A DNA stretch of 64,000 bases from Dehalococcoidia bacterium (GCA_965200085.1 OZ241333.1:1123704-1187703), one strand, 5' to 3'; shown: positions 28,201-37,169, counted from the first letter of the stretch. A program made the numbers and translations. The notes: generated by a model from the letters alone, not told the origin.

Positions 28201-28805
28201 GGAAATATCGCCCATTGAACGCCCGAGAAAGCGTATATCAAAAACGCAAGAATCAGCAGAATCGCGGCTGACAGTATAAGCGTAAGGCGCAGCTGTAATC
28301 TGTTCGATGCCGGTTGCTCGACGGGTGCATCAGCCGGTTCGGGATCACTTATTACCTTAGGCTCAGCGGCGTGCAGTGGATTCCCACAATCTGCACAGAA
28401 ACTATACTCAGCCGGGTTCGTTGAGCCGCATGTGCTGCAAATCGCATCCGGGAAATTTGGCGCTGGGCGCTCAAACGCCACATCGTCCGGCTCACGCACA
28501 TCGTCCGGTTCGGTTGCGGCGGTTGCGCTATCGGTATCTGTAATATCTGCGATCTGTGCTTCAAGCTCGGAGTCTTGAAGCACAGATCCACAATTGGCAC
28601 AAAACAGGAATTCAGTCGAGTTTGGCGCGTCGCATGCGCTGCAGACAGTTCTGGAAGGCGCAGACCTCGACGGTTCAATAGTGGAATCAGTAGAAGCTGC
28701 GCGCAAACTCTGCCCGCAGCCAAGGCAAAATAGGTATCTTTCAGGATTTAGAACTCCGCAGACAGGGCAGGATACAGAGGTGGAGTTGCCGTTATCCCTA
28801 ATCAC
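25218..28805 (-). CDS. multidomain membrane protein: three N-terminal zinc ribbons, a GT-C (ArnT/PMT-like, GT39/83-type) glycosyltransferase domain, and two C-terminal PA14-like domains
   Basis: CPVCG..FCLGCG, CSACD..FCANCG and CSTCG..FCADCG. More than 10 TM segments, with WFDEADLIGEA in the first loop. PA14-like WVGALHITHPGEYVLELESSSLAQVLLDGEVIL and WDGSLHVPESGLYQFKFGEVHGNLKLILDDDVVID. Confidence 0.75.
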   Translation of the reverse strand: MIRDNGNSTSVSCPVCGVLNPERYLFCLGCGQSLRAASTDSTIEPSRSAPSRTVCSACDAPNSTEFLFCANCGSVLQDSELEAQIADITDTDSATAATEPDDVREPDDVAFERPAPNFPDAICSTCGSTNPAEYSFCADCGNPLHAAEPKVISDPEPADAPVEQPASNRLQLRLTLILSAAILLILAFLIYAFSGVQWAIFPFALALTSIAVAAGGLSRKSFTLFLSDIKVFLAGKPAAAARTPDTLSEDVGPNSDSSEVYTAPSSPIAPPRSSAPTAPALPQANPDTPSHQSVTGATDTDAPAQAASTRRFNERRVGIAVMCIGLLSAMVSLYMFPQGPPNTLAWWSYILSVLLTIAAMPAFEGKWSALIHRFRHGEIVSFEYRAILIWGALSAILLFALLIRLYNLNEVPPGLWFDEADLIGEAIRISEEPSSTPVFVAFQNLPSLMSVLTAIQIEFTGISISTGRLVAAGFGLAGIAAMFLMMRYMAGTLMGLTAAFLIAVMRWDIIWSRVGLHAISLPFFAALSAWLTYRAIRSERASDFALAGISLGLGMWFYSPFRMFPLVIGFVLLHALVFAKSDGRRRLLVNIGVLVLFMLIVAAPVAEVALIYPEEFFRRTGVVFISNFVGEGETLSAIVDNFRRHILMFHIQGDPNGRHNIPGAPMLDVFSGMLMLVGLVVAVFRWRNAAYIVLPVWVLVMIMPGVLTIPWEAPQSLRSITVIPAVAALITLGLDFILRTAQSVGWRWVRFGAAAAVALLLAVIAYTNINTYFGEQAEHPEVYASFSTAESLMQIDVDELASRGYNPLVSRQFILIHTVYTHIYGGRLFREVIAAPESIPIDLKSVWHGAAVYLEPRESGFYDTLKTYYPDAEFHEVRPPTGGEVMYYAAYLSREQIEAAQGLVSRITQPDGEVVEHLKKSSESVWMLEDASEHTPFDVEWVGALHITHPGEYVLELESSSLAQVLLDGEVILSNRNPQIRIEPAVGLHALELRAQVEDNDSALRLLWKQPTSPSDEDEQSQQIDEPAAERSLEPIPASNLYHGDIRPVGLAGRFFKEVADTNEIGDAAPDAMRITPGIGGAFWYDPVVRGEHLAVWDGSLHVPESGLYQFKFGEVHGNLKLILDDDVVIDTRVERERSVELSEGERQIRLEYHTTGGSPWFEVLWTSPGKPEARIAPEYLSPAREYMFRIIDGE

Positions 28806-28813
28806 TATGGAGA

Positions 28814-31156
28814 TTACGCCTTCTGCGGTTCTTCCGTAGTGAGAACACGCTTGGCATAAAGTTCGTCTATTTCCGCAGGTGAATAGCCCAAAGCCCCAAG
28901 CTTTTCGCGGTTGTGCTCGCCCAGCAGGGGAGTCTGCCTACCGTTGATAGGCTGCGTCTCACCGAACACGATGCTATTGGCACAGTAGTGCATCTTGCCA
29001 TATACGGCATGATTGTGCTCGACAATCATCCGGTTTGCGATAACCTGTTCGTCTTCAAAATACCTCACATTATACTGATCAGTAACTCTGGTGCAGCGCA
29101 CGCCTGCTTCTCTCAGTCTGTGTATCCATTCCGCTGCGGTTCTCTGAACGAATGTATCTGTCAGTAAAGTCCACAAAGCATCATCGTTCTCCAAACGCTT
29201 CGACGGTGATGCAAAGCGTTTGTCGCTGCACAGGTCTTGCAGATCGATCGCAGAGCAAAACCGCTTCCATTCCTCTTGCGTTTCAACGATGAGGTACAGC
29301 CACCCTTCTTGTGTCTCGAAAAGCCTATACAGTGCGTTCAACCCATACTGTCCGCTGTCAGCGATGGGAGGCGATTTCTTGCCCTCATAGCGTAGGAAGT
29401 CGTCTTCCCTAAGCACGGCGCCGGCGTTGAGCAGGTTGCAATCCACCTTTTGCGCCACGCCTGTGCGCTCCCTCGCGTACAGAGCCATTATTGCCCCCAG
29501 TGCAACCATACCCCCGGAGGAGAAGTCTGTCGGCGCGAGCTGCGCAAGGAACACCGGCGGATTGCCGCGCCCGCCCTGTGCGAACTGCAATCCCATCCAA
29601 GCCTGCGCTAATGGATCGACTCCGGGACGGTGAGCGTAAGGTCCGGACCAGCCAAAAGCCGTAGTATGCGCCTGAATCAGTCTGGGGTTGATAGTGTCCA
29701 GTTCCTTTGAACTGAGCCCCATTCGGTCCGTAGCGTTGGGGCGCATATTCGCTAACATAATATCTGCTTCCGCTGCGATCTTCTGCGCTATCCGCTGCCC
29801 TTCCGAAGTCTTGGTGTTCGCAGATACGGACCGCTTATTGGAGTTCAGGTAAAGGAAATACTGCGCTCCCGCCGGCCTGGATATGTCTCCATACGGCGGC
29901 TCGAACTTGATGATGTCTGCGCCTAAGTCGCCAAGGCACTTGCCTGCGGCCGGACCGGCGATGACATTTGTCATTTCCATCACTCGAACGCCGTCGAGTG
30001 GTGCAGCGTCGTGGCGCGGCTCTACATCGCGCGGCTCAGGCAGCGCCACATCCGCAATCTCTGCTAATACGCTCTCGGTATGCTCCCCGCGCATTGGGCG
30101 CCTGCCCCGGATGCCCCCCGGAGTTTTCATGAACTTGATGGGGTTTCCCATCTGCGTAACATCGCCGACAATCGGGTCGTGCAGTTGCAGCAGCATGTCG
30201 TTGACGATAACCTGCGGGTTGTCCATAGCTTCGTTGGTCGTGCTGGCACGCGCATAGGGTACATCAGCGTCCTCGAATATGCGTTCCCATTCGGCGCAAG
30301 GTTTTGTTCTGATGACATTCGCAACAATATCGAACAGTTCAGCGCGCGCTTCCTCGCTTTCCGGACGCCTGCCATCGCCGTATCGCGGATTGGCAAGCAG
30401 TTCGGCGATACCCATTACCGTGGCGGCAATATCCACAAACCCGCCATGTATGCACCCAATCTGAATCCAATTCCCGTCAGCGCACTCGAACACGCTGTAA
30501 AAAGGTCCGCCGCCAGCCGTAGTGAGTTGGAACGGACGCTGCTCCAGCAGTTCGCCGATAACCTTCGGTGAGAACAGCAGCGCGCCTGCCATAACCGATG
30601 TATCTACCTTACGCCCGAAACCTGTTTTCTCACGCGCGTACAGCGAAGCGGTGATTCCCTGAGCCGCAAGTACCGCCGTCCCAAGATTGACGACCGGATG
30701 CACCACATGCACAGGACCTTCGCGGAAGCCCGGTTGGGACGCGAGAATACCCATGCGCGCCATGACCAGATGTTCATCGCCGGGTTCGTCTCGCATCGGT
30801 CCATTATTACCGTAGGCTGTTATTGAGCAATGCACAAGGCGAGGATTGATACGGCGCAGTTTGCTGTAATCCACAATTTTTTTGTATGCAGAGCTTGACG
30901 CAAAGTCTTCTATGAGCACATCGGCAGTGAGAGCCAGCTTCCTAAAAGTCTCTTCTTCCGCAGATATATCTAACGACACACTTTCTTTGCCCCTGTCCCA
31001 AACCATGTATATAGGCTTGGTGCGGTCGTTATCATCATCAGGGAGCTCCAGCCGTATTACGCGCGCGCCGTTATCGCAGAGGAACATTCCCGCCAGAGCG
31101 CCGGGTCTATGCCGTGTCAGATCAAGTATCGTAATTCCGTCTAGTGCGCTGGGCAT
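28814..31156 (-). CDS. fused tandem family III CoA-transferase (two CaiB/BaiF-like domains in one 780-aa chain)
   Basis: Two N-terminal-type motifs: LDGITILDLTRHRPGALAGMFLCDNGARVIRLE and LDGVRVMEMTNVIAGPAAGKCLGDLGADIIKFEPP. Each half has a catalytic-Asp-type motif (GDEHLVMARMG and GVDPLAQAWMG). Confidence 0.85.
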   Translation of the reverse strand: MPSALDGITILDLTRHRPGALAGMFLCDNGARVIRLELPDDDNDRTKPIYMVWDRGKESVSLDISAEEETFRKLALTADVLIEDFASSSAYKKIVDYSKLRRINPRLVHCSITAYGNNGPMRDEPGDEHLVMARMGILASQPGFREGPVHVVHPVVNLGTAVLAAQGITASLYAREKTGFGRKVDTSVMAGALLFSPKVIGELLEQRPFQLTTAGGGPFYSVFECADGNWIQIGCIHGGFVDIAATVMGIAELLANPRYGDGRRPESEEARAELFDIVANVIRTKPCAEWERIFEDADVPYARASTTNEAMDNPQVIVNDMLLQLHDPIVGDVTQMGNPIKFMKTPGGIRGRRPMRGEHTESVLAEIADVALPEPRDVEPRHDAAPLDGVRVMEMTNVIAGPAAGKCLGDLGADIIKFEPPYGDISRPAGAQYFLYLNSNKRSVSANTKTSEGQRIAQKIAAEADIMLANMRPNATDRMGLSSKELDTINPRLIQAHTTAFGWSGPYAHRPGVDPLAQAWMGLQFAQGGRGNPPVFLAQLAPTDFSSGGMVALGAIMALYARERTGVAQKVDCNLLNAGAVLREDDFLRYEGKKSPPIADSGQYGLNALYRLFETQEGWLYLIVETQEEWKRFCSAIDLQDLCSDKRFASPSKRLENDDALWTLLTDTFVQRTAAEWIHRLREAGVRCTRVTDQYNVRYFEDEQVIANRMIVEHNHAVYGKMHYCANSIVFGETQPINGRQTPLLGEHNREKLGALGYSPAEIDELYAKRVLTTEEPQKA

Positions 31157-31411
31157 AGTTTTTTGTCCATAACTAATAAATTATCTGCTGGGCAGATTTC
31201 CACAAAGCCAAAAGATGTCGCAAATTGTAACATGGGTGCGATAATAATACAGGAATAATATATACCGTTTCGCATAGCATTTACTCCTTATCAGCCCTGT
31301 CAGGCTTTCACCGCAACTTGACAAGTAAGACATATAAACAGACAATCAGGGCGATTTTATTGATGTCTGCCTACATAATGGAAACTCTGCTAACCTTCAC
31401 AGGAGTTATTG

Positions 31412-32212
31412 ATGACTACCACTTCAAGTGTATGGACGGAAGAAATTATCGAGGTGGCAGGCAGCCGCCTCCAAATTGCCAAAGGCGGTAGTGGAGCGCC
31501 GCTGCTTGTACTTCATGACGAACTGGGACACAATGCCACGCTCCGATGGCATGATGCGCTCGCTGAAAACAACACACTTCACATACCCTCGCATCCCGGG
31601 TTTGGCAAATCCCCCAGAATGGAATGGATTATGAACATGCGCGACCTCGCAGGCTGGTATCTGCGCGCTTTAGATGAGCTGGGTCTGCAAAGCGTGAATG
31701 TCATTGGATTCTCGCTCGGTGGCTGGCTTGCGGCGGAAATGGCGACGATGTGCCCGCAGCAGTTTAATAAGATGATTCTGGTTGGCGCAGCGGGCATCAA
31801 ACCAACTGCCGGTGAGATATTCGACATATTTCTTGTAACGGCTGAAGAGTACTTGGACGAGCTGTGCTTGGACAACTCGGCCGCCTCTGAGTTTGCTGCC
31901 ATTCGTCCGGAGGAGCCGTCGGCAGACTTAGTGGAGGCATGGGCGGTTGCCCGTGAAGAATCGTGCCGACTTAGCTGGAAGCCGTATATGCACTACCCCG
32001 CGCTGCCTCAGCTGCTTGGTCGAGTGCAGAACCTGCCCACCCTTCTAATATGGGGCGCGCAAGACCCTATTGTCCCGGTCAGCTCCGGTGAGATATACCA
32101 GCAGTCTATCAAAGATTCGCGTCTCGAAATTGTCGAAGATTGTGGCCACCGCCCGGACATCGAGCAGACAGACGAATTTCTGGCGCTTGTGCAGGGTTTT
32201 CTGACAGAGTAA
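31412..32212 (+). CDS. alpha/beta hydrolase
   Basis: GFSLGG nucleophile elbow and a C-terminal DCGHRP. AGGAG sits 6 nt upstream of ATG 31412. Confidence 0.85.
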   Translation: MTTTSSVWTEEIIEVAGSRLQIAKGGSGAPLLVLHDELGHNATLRWHDALAENNTLHIPSHPGFGKSPRMEWIMNMRDLAGWYLRALDELGLQSVNVIGFSLGGWLAAEMATMCPQQFNKMILVGAAGIKPTAGEIFDIFLVTAEEYLDELCLDNSAASEFAAIRPEEPSADLVEAWAVAREESCRLSWKPYMHYPALPQLLGRVQNLPTLLIWGAQDPIVPVSSGEIYQQSIKDSRLEIVEDCGHRPDIEQTDEFLALVQGFLTE

Positions 32213-32452
32213 ATCAGGGACGATTTCCGTACATATTGGATTAGATATAGCCAAGAAGTTCGCTGTTACGATAACTATCCGCCCTAATCAGCGGTTTTGT
32301 GGTATAAATACTACACAAAGATTACTCAAGCAAGGGACTGCTTGATGGCGGACTGTCGGATTTGCCTATAAGCTCGATAGATATATACGGCAAGCACAAC
32401 TATTTCGCTTGCATACACTAGCCATAGAACGGGAAACTTAAAGGAGAGCGCA

Positions 32453-33712
32453 ATGTTCATCGCACACTTCACCGAACGCCCATACCAGGATCCTGCTTCC
32501 GGATACTTCGGGGCAACAGGCAAGTCCATCAAAGATCTCACCCTGAGTAATGACATCTACGACCCTGAGCTTGGCGCAAACCTCTATAATCGCTATCTCG
32601 ACGAGAAGATGTACGCCGAGGAGATGGGATTCGACGGTCTAATGCTCAACGAGCATCACAGCACCCCCTTCTGCATGGGCGGCGCTATGAACATAGAAGC
32701 GGCGATTCTCGCTAGGATGACCAAACGCGCTAAGATTGTACTGCTAGGCAACATTATCCCAATATGGGACGATCCGCTCTGGCTGGTAGAGCAGCTTTCC
32801 ATCATAGATATGATTTCGCGCGGGCGCCTCGTATCCGGGTGGGTCCGTGGAACAGGGCGCGAGAGCGTGGCGCACAACGCGCCGCCGCCATATAACTGGG
32901 AACGATTCCAGGAGGCGCATGACTTCATTGTCAAGGCTTGGACGACGCCTGGCCCGTTCCGCTGGGAAGGTAAGCATTACCAGTACCGCTATGTCAACCC
33001 ATGGGCGAGGCCATACCAGAAGCCGCATCCGCCTATATGGCTACCCGGCGTCGTTAGCCGTGACTCACTCCAATGGGCAGCGCGCAACCGTATTCCCTAT
33101 ATTATGCTTGCAACCGAAATGGGTCCTACCAAGCAGGCATTTGAACTCTACCATGAGACTGCCGCCGAAGAGGGCTATGAGTCAGGCTCACAGAACATAG
33201 GCTACCTTTGGAAAGTGCATGTGGACGAGACTGATGAGCTTGCGGAACAGACCGCGCGCAAGTATGTGCAGGGACCCAGCAATCCTTTCCTCGCAGGCAA
33301 CGAAGGCACGACCAACCGCGCGCTTGTGAGCCTGCCGGGACTGACATCTCGCCGGCGTGTGCTTCCGACGCGCGATGTCGCAACCGCAAACCGCGGCGGC
33401 ATGATAAGCGCCCGCCCATTTGAAGAGCAGCAAGAAAACTACACTATCGTTTCGGGCACTCCTGACAGCGTTCTGCCCAAGATTCGTCATGTGCTGGAAA
33501 CACTTCGCCCCGGCAGCGTCATATTCTGGGACGGAGATGGCGCTATGACACACGAAGACCAGATGCGAAGTCTGCGTCTCATGGGTGAGTATGTCATTCC
33601 GGCAGTTCGTGAAATGGGCAAGGAGCTTGAACTCTTCAGCCCGTTCGAAGTCGATCCTGCCACCGGTAAGCCAATCGAGCAGGAAACCGAGGCACAGGCA
33701 GTCGCAGATTAA
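32453..33712 (+). CDS. luciferase-like (LLM class) flavin-dependent monooxygenase
   Basis: 419 aa with MLNEHHSTPF and an LLM-type TIM-barrel pattern. Confidence 0.8.
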   Translation: MFIAHFTERPYQDPASGYFGATGKSIKDLTLSNDIYDPELGANLYNRYLDEKMYAEEMGFDGLMLNEHHSTPFCMGGAMNIEAAILARMTKRAKIVLLGNIIPIWDDPLWLVEQLSIIDMISRGRLVSGWVRGTGRESVAHNAPPPYNWERFQEAHDFIVKAWTTPGPFRWEGKHYQYRYVNPWARPYQKPHPPIWLPGVVSRDSLQWAARNRIPYIMLATEMGPTKQAFELYHETAAEEGYESGSQNIGYLWKVHVDETDELAEQTARKYVQGPSNPFLAGNEGTTNRALVSLPGLTSRRRVLPTRDVATANRGGMISARPFEEQQENYTIVSGTPDSVLPKIRHVLETLRPGSVIFWDGDGAMTHEDQMRSLRLMGEYVIPAVREMGKELELFSPFEVDPATGKPIEQETEAQAVAD

Positions 33713-33783
33713 ACTTAATCCTGCCCGTATAACAACATAACAACCGTATAGCCACACTATTCAGAACTCCGAACAGACTACAA

Positions 33784-33816
33784 GGGGGATGCGTTTACGG
33801 CGCATCCCCCTTATAT
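33784..33816. terminator. intrinsic terminator between convergent genes (10-bp stem GGGGGATGCG/CGCATCCCCC, 7-nt loop, T-rich tail)
   Basis: Perfect inverted repeat followed by TTATATGTTAATTTCATTTT. Confidence 0.6.
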
Positions 33817-33890
33817 GTTAATTTCATTTTGATTCATTATTTCATTATTTTGCACTATCTACGCTATAGGCAGTGCAATCGTGGGTTAGA

Positions 33891-34376
33891 CTAAAGGCGG
33901 GGATCTTTGACAGCCTTGAATAAACCGAGAGCAAATGTAGGTATATTCGAGCCGAGTACTGCCCCGACTGTCGTTATGTGTATCTCAGGTATGCCGGGCT
34001 TCCAAATCGGGTGAATCGCGCCCAGGTCTATCCCGCGCTGCAGCCCCAGCCAAGCGCCTGCCAAGCCGAATACCAGGGCGATCAGCAGCAGCAGTGTCTG
34101 TGTTCTTATGTCGAAGTCCCTATCGAACCATGTAATATAGCTGCCCACTCCTGCGCCAACGCCTGTGGACACCACTAACACCCCGACTACGCCACTGCCG
34201 TATCCCCAGCTGGAGACATATATAGCCAACAGCATCACATAAAGCCCGAACCCCAACGATGCAGACACGAAAAGCCCCAGCACGCCTCTGGCGAAAACCA
34301 AGCTAATCTTCAGAAGCGCACCTATCGTGGCGAGCATCTGCATGTGTCTATAAAACGCCGAACCTATTTTCTGCAT
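33891..34376 (-). CDS. hypothetical membrane protein (about 4 TM)
   Basis: 161 aa, Gly/Val/Leu-rich hydrophobic segments, last gene of a same-strand run. Confidence 0.5.
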   Translation of the reverse strand: MQKIGSAFYRHMQMLATIGALLKISLVFARGVLGLFVSASLGFGLYVMLLAIYVSSWGYGSGVVGVLVVSTGVGAGVGSYITWFDRDFDIRTQTLLLLIALVFGLAGAWLGLQRGIDLGAIHPIWKPGIPEIHITTVGAVLGSNIPTFALGLFKAVKDPRL

Positions 34377-34408
34377 CTCGTATCTCGGCTAACGCCTTGC
34401 AATCCTAT

Positions 34409-34951
34409 CTATTCATCCATGTTAGCATACGGTTCGCCAAACCGCTCTCCATGCGCTATTTGGGATAATGACTTGCGGTTCCTGCGCCCTAACGTACCCA
34501 TGTTAATGTTCTTTCGGTATCCAAACGGCAAGATGGTCAGCAGGACGAGATGGTCGGGAATGTTTAGCATCTTCTTAATTTCTTGGTTCTGATCGGCTTG
34601 GCGAATGCCCACGAAGCAGGTACCCAATCCCGCCTCCCATGCTACAAGCTCCATCTGCTGGATGGCGCGCCCTGCATCCAGCTGCGCTCTGGGCGTATCG
34701 TCAGTAACGATAGCGATAGCCAATGGCGCGTCCGCGATGAACGGTCCCTGTGTGGCAAGTTTGCCTAACTGCCTTATAACATCGCGATTCCGAACTACTA
34801 CGAAATGCCAAGGCTGCAAGTTCTGCGAACTTGGCGCAAGTCTGCCTGCTTCCAGTAACTTGTTCACTATCTCATCCGGCACCGGATCAGAATTATACTC
34901 CCGTACCGTAAGCCGCGATCGCATCGCATCATAAACTTGCATATCGTTCAC
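34409..34951 (-). CDS. nitroreductase family protein
   Basis: APSSQNLQPWHFVVV motif; 180 aa. Confidence 0.85.
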   Translation of the reverse strand: MNDMQVYDAMRSRLTVREYNSDPVPDEIVNKLLEAGRLAPSSQNLQPWHFVVVRNRDVIRQLGKLATQGPFIADAPLAIAIVTDDTPRAQLDAGRAIQQMELVAWEAGLGTCFVGIRQADQNQEIKKMLNIPDHLVLLTILPFGYRKNINMGTLGRRNRKSLSQIAHGERFGEPYANMDE

Positions 34952-34986
34952 CTCCGTGTTGACTTATTCCGCCAACCCTCTAACAT

Positions 34987-35496
34987 TTATACCGGGTACC
35001 GCCAAACTTCACCCCTAGGTTCTTCGTCTGACAGGCGAAACTGTGGCAGCGAAAATCCTTCTTCAGTATCCAGGAACACCACTTCGACACGCTTGCCGAT
35101 GCCCACATTCTCAGGGTCTTCAGGCTCCATCTCATCATTCAGCAGATTTGCGGTAATGCGCAGTCCGTTCTCCGGGTTCGGCTCCCCGCTCTGTTCATCC
35201 AGTTCCACCAACACCACCGTGTACGGTACCCATTCACGGAATGCGGGCATAATCGCGTGCGTAATGACTTGGTAGCTGTATATCGTGCCTTTGCCGCTCA
35301 CTTCTTGCCACTCCCAGTCTAGGGATGCGCACCACGGGCAAGCTGCGCCCGGCTCGCCGCGCAGCAGACCGCAGCCTTCTACACTGCACTTCTTTACTAC
35401 CAGCTTGTGCTCTTTAGCCGCATCGAAATAGCCCTTATACTCACTGTCAAGTTCCGATATATTCAGTGCGAGACCACGATATTCATAAATCGGCAT
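34987..35496 (-). CDS. DUF35 Zn-ribbon/OB-fold protein (thiolase partner)
   Basis: CSVEGCG...ACPWC zinc ribbon followed by an OB-fold-type segment. Start moved to MPIYEY (GGAGGA-6 nt-ATG). Confidence 0.8.
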   Translation of the reverse strand: MPIYEYRGLALNISELDSEYKGYFDAAKEHKLVVKKCSVEGCGLLRGEPGAACPWCASLDWEWQEVSGKGTIYSYQVITHAIMPAFREWVPYTVVLVELDEQSGEPNPENGLRITANLLNDEMEPEDPENVGIGKRVEVVFLDTEEGFSLPQFRLSDEEPRGEVWRYPV

Positions 35497-35569
35497 TATA
35501 TTTCCTCCACTCACTCAAGCGCTGCATACGCAATAACAATTATTGTATGAATGGCATTGTTCGGATGTC

Positions 35570-36790
35570 TTATCGCCGCATAATCAGCGCGCTGCCGACG
35601 CCCGGCATAGCCCAGCCCATGTTCATCGTGATATTCACATTCGGCACCTGACGACACCCGCCTTCCGAGTAGTCATAAGTATGCTCGCCGTTAGCCCAGT
35701 TTTCGCAGTAATCGTCCACTGTACCGCGGAGCTGGCGTGTGTTCTCGATGACCATATTCATCCCGTGCGTGTAACCTTCGCACAGATGGCCGCCGCTTGT
35801 GTTGTTCGGACGCCTGCCCCCCAAGTCGGTAATGCCGCTGGTTACATAGTCCTTGCCTTCGCCCTTCTCACAGAACCCGTAGTCCTCGAATTGCAAGAGC
35901 GTCGTATAAGTGAATGCGTCGTAGCATCCCGTAACATCGATGTCGTCGTGTGTAACACCTGCGAGCTCGAACAGGCGCGGACCTACATAGTAGCCTGCCA
36001 CTCGCGAAATCGGGGCATACTGGTAATGGAAGTCGCCGCCCGGTTTGACTCCTCTGCCTTGCACCGCCATTATATATGCTGGCGGATGCCGCAGATTTTT
36101 CGCTCGTTCTGCCGATGTAACGATAATGCAGGTCGCATTGTCGGTTTCTAGGCAGCAGTCCAGCAAGTGCGCGCATGGCTTCACAATCCAGCGCGAGTTG
36201 AGTACATCATCCACCGTAACGCGTTGCTTCATCAGCGCCTTCGGGTTATTGCTTGCGTGCTTACTGTGCGTAACCTTAATGTTCGCCAGATGTTCGCCGG
36301 TAACGCCGTACTCCATCATGTGCCTAGTGAATGTGAACGCGAAGTTCTGAACCGCGCTTGCTACGCCGTAAGAGCGCTTCAACAGGTCAGAACCACTCAC
36401 GGGAGCTGCTGCGCGCGCGCCGGTGCCGCCGATACGCACCTGCGAATAGCCGTTCATCGCGCGGAATATCGCAACCGTGTCGCACATACCTCCTTCAATC
36501 GCGCCGATAGCAAGTCCGATAAGAGCTTCAGTGCTCGAACCGCCGCCCGAGCAGTCCATATAAAAGTTCAGACGCATCCCAAGATCATACATCATGGTCG
36601 TCGAAGGCGTTGAATCTCCCCCGTGGTAGCTCAGCATCCCATCTACATCTTGGGGCGTTAGCCCTGCGTCATAGATAGCATTGCGTATAGCCTCTACTCC
36701 CAGCGCGCGTGTGCTGCGCCCTGAAGCGCGGCTGTACTCCGTTTCGCCCACACCAACGATAGCGTACTTTTCTTTCAGTCGTCCTTCCAT
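35570..36790 (-). CDS. thiolase-like / SCP-x-type lipid-transfer protein
   Basis: YAIVGVGETEYSR N-terminus, CSGGGSS, and a C-terminal GGHLCEGYTHGMN. Start moved to MEGRLKEK (AGGAGGG-7 nt-ATG). Confidence 0.85.
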   Translation of the reverse strand: MEGRLKEKYAIVGVGETEYSRASGRSTRALGVEAIRNAIYDAGLTPQDVDGMLSYHGGDSTPSTTMMYDLGMRLNFYMDCSGGGSSTEALIGLAIGAIEGGMCDTVAIFRAMNGYSQVRIGGTGARAAAPVSGSDLLKRSYGVASAVQNFAFTFTRHMMEYGVTGEHLANIKVTHSKHASNNPKALMKQRVTVDDVLNSRWIVKPCAHLLDCCLETDNATCIIVTSAERAKNLRHPPAYIMAVQGRGVKPGGDFHYQYAPISRVAGYYVGPRLFELAGVTHDDIDVTGCYDAFTYTTLLQFEDYGFCEKGEGKDYVTSGITDLGGRRPNNTSGGHLCEGYTHGMNMVIENTRQLRGTVDDYCENWANGEHTYDYSEGGCRQVPNVNITMNMGWAMPGVGSALIMRR

Positions 36791-36957
36791 TTTAAGTCCC
36801 TCCTGCGTCATCGCCATGCAACGCCGTAAGTATCGCCTGTTCGCGGGGGAATGGCAAGTGTCGGCGTGTGCTACTACCTGGACTCATATAGTATTTTGAC
36901 TACCGCTTCCAAAACACCAGCGCCCCAAACGCAGCGCCAATGAATATTCCAGCATCT

Positions 36958-37080
36958 CTACTCTCTTTGGTCTCCACAGTTATAGACCTGCTTGCCGCGT
37001 GAGTGTCCGTTCTTGCGTATCCAGTCGGAGTTACAGTCGGGACAGCGTATATCCTGGCTGTAAGTTCTCGCTCGTGCCAT
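36958..37080 (-). pseudogene. 40-codon remnant resembling the N-terminal zinc finger of IS1-family InsA-type transposases
   Basis: Hand translation gives MARARTYSQDIRCPDCNSDWIRKNGHSRGKQVYNCGDQRE*. The pattern CPxC-x8-KNG-x3-GKQ-x-Y-x-C is then truncated before the second Cys pair. Confidence 0.3.
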
Positions 37081-37158
37081 TCACTCCTCACCTGCGATCT
37101 TCTTCTTGATCTACAACCTGCTCTGTATTGTATTATGACTTCAAGCTAATAACACTGA

Positions 37159-37169
37159 GGCCTTGACAC
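37159..37169 (+). repeat. left copy of the 11-bp target-site duplication GGCCTTGACAC
   Basis: An identical 11-mer directly abuts both IS ends. Confidence 0.8.

Noticed and set aside
36900-37091. 63-aa minus-strand ORF from the track.
   Set aside because: Its composition is not protein-like. The adjacent frame gives a recognisable IS1-type zinc-finger fragment, reported as a remnant instead.
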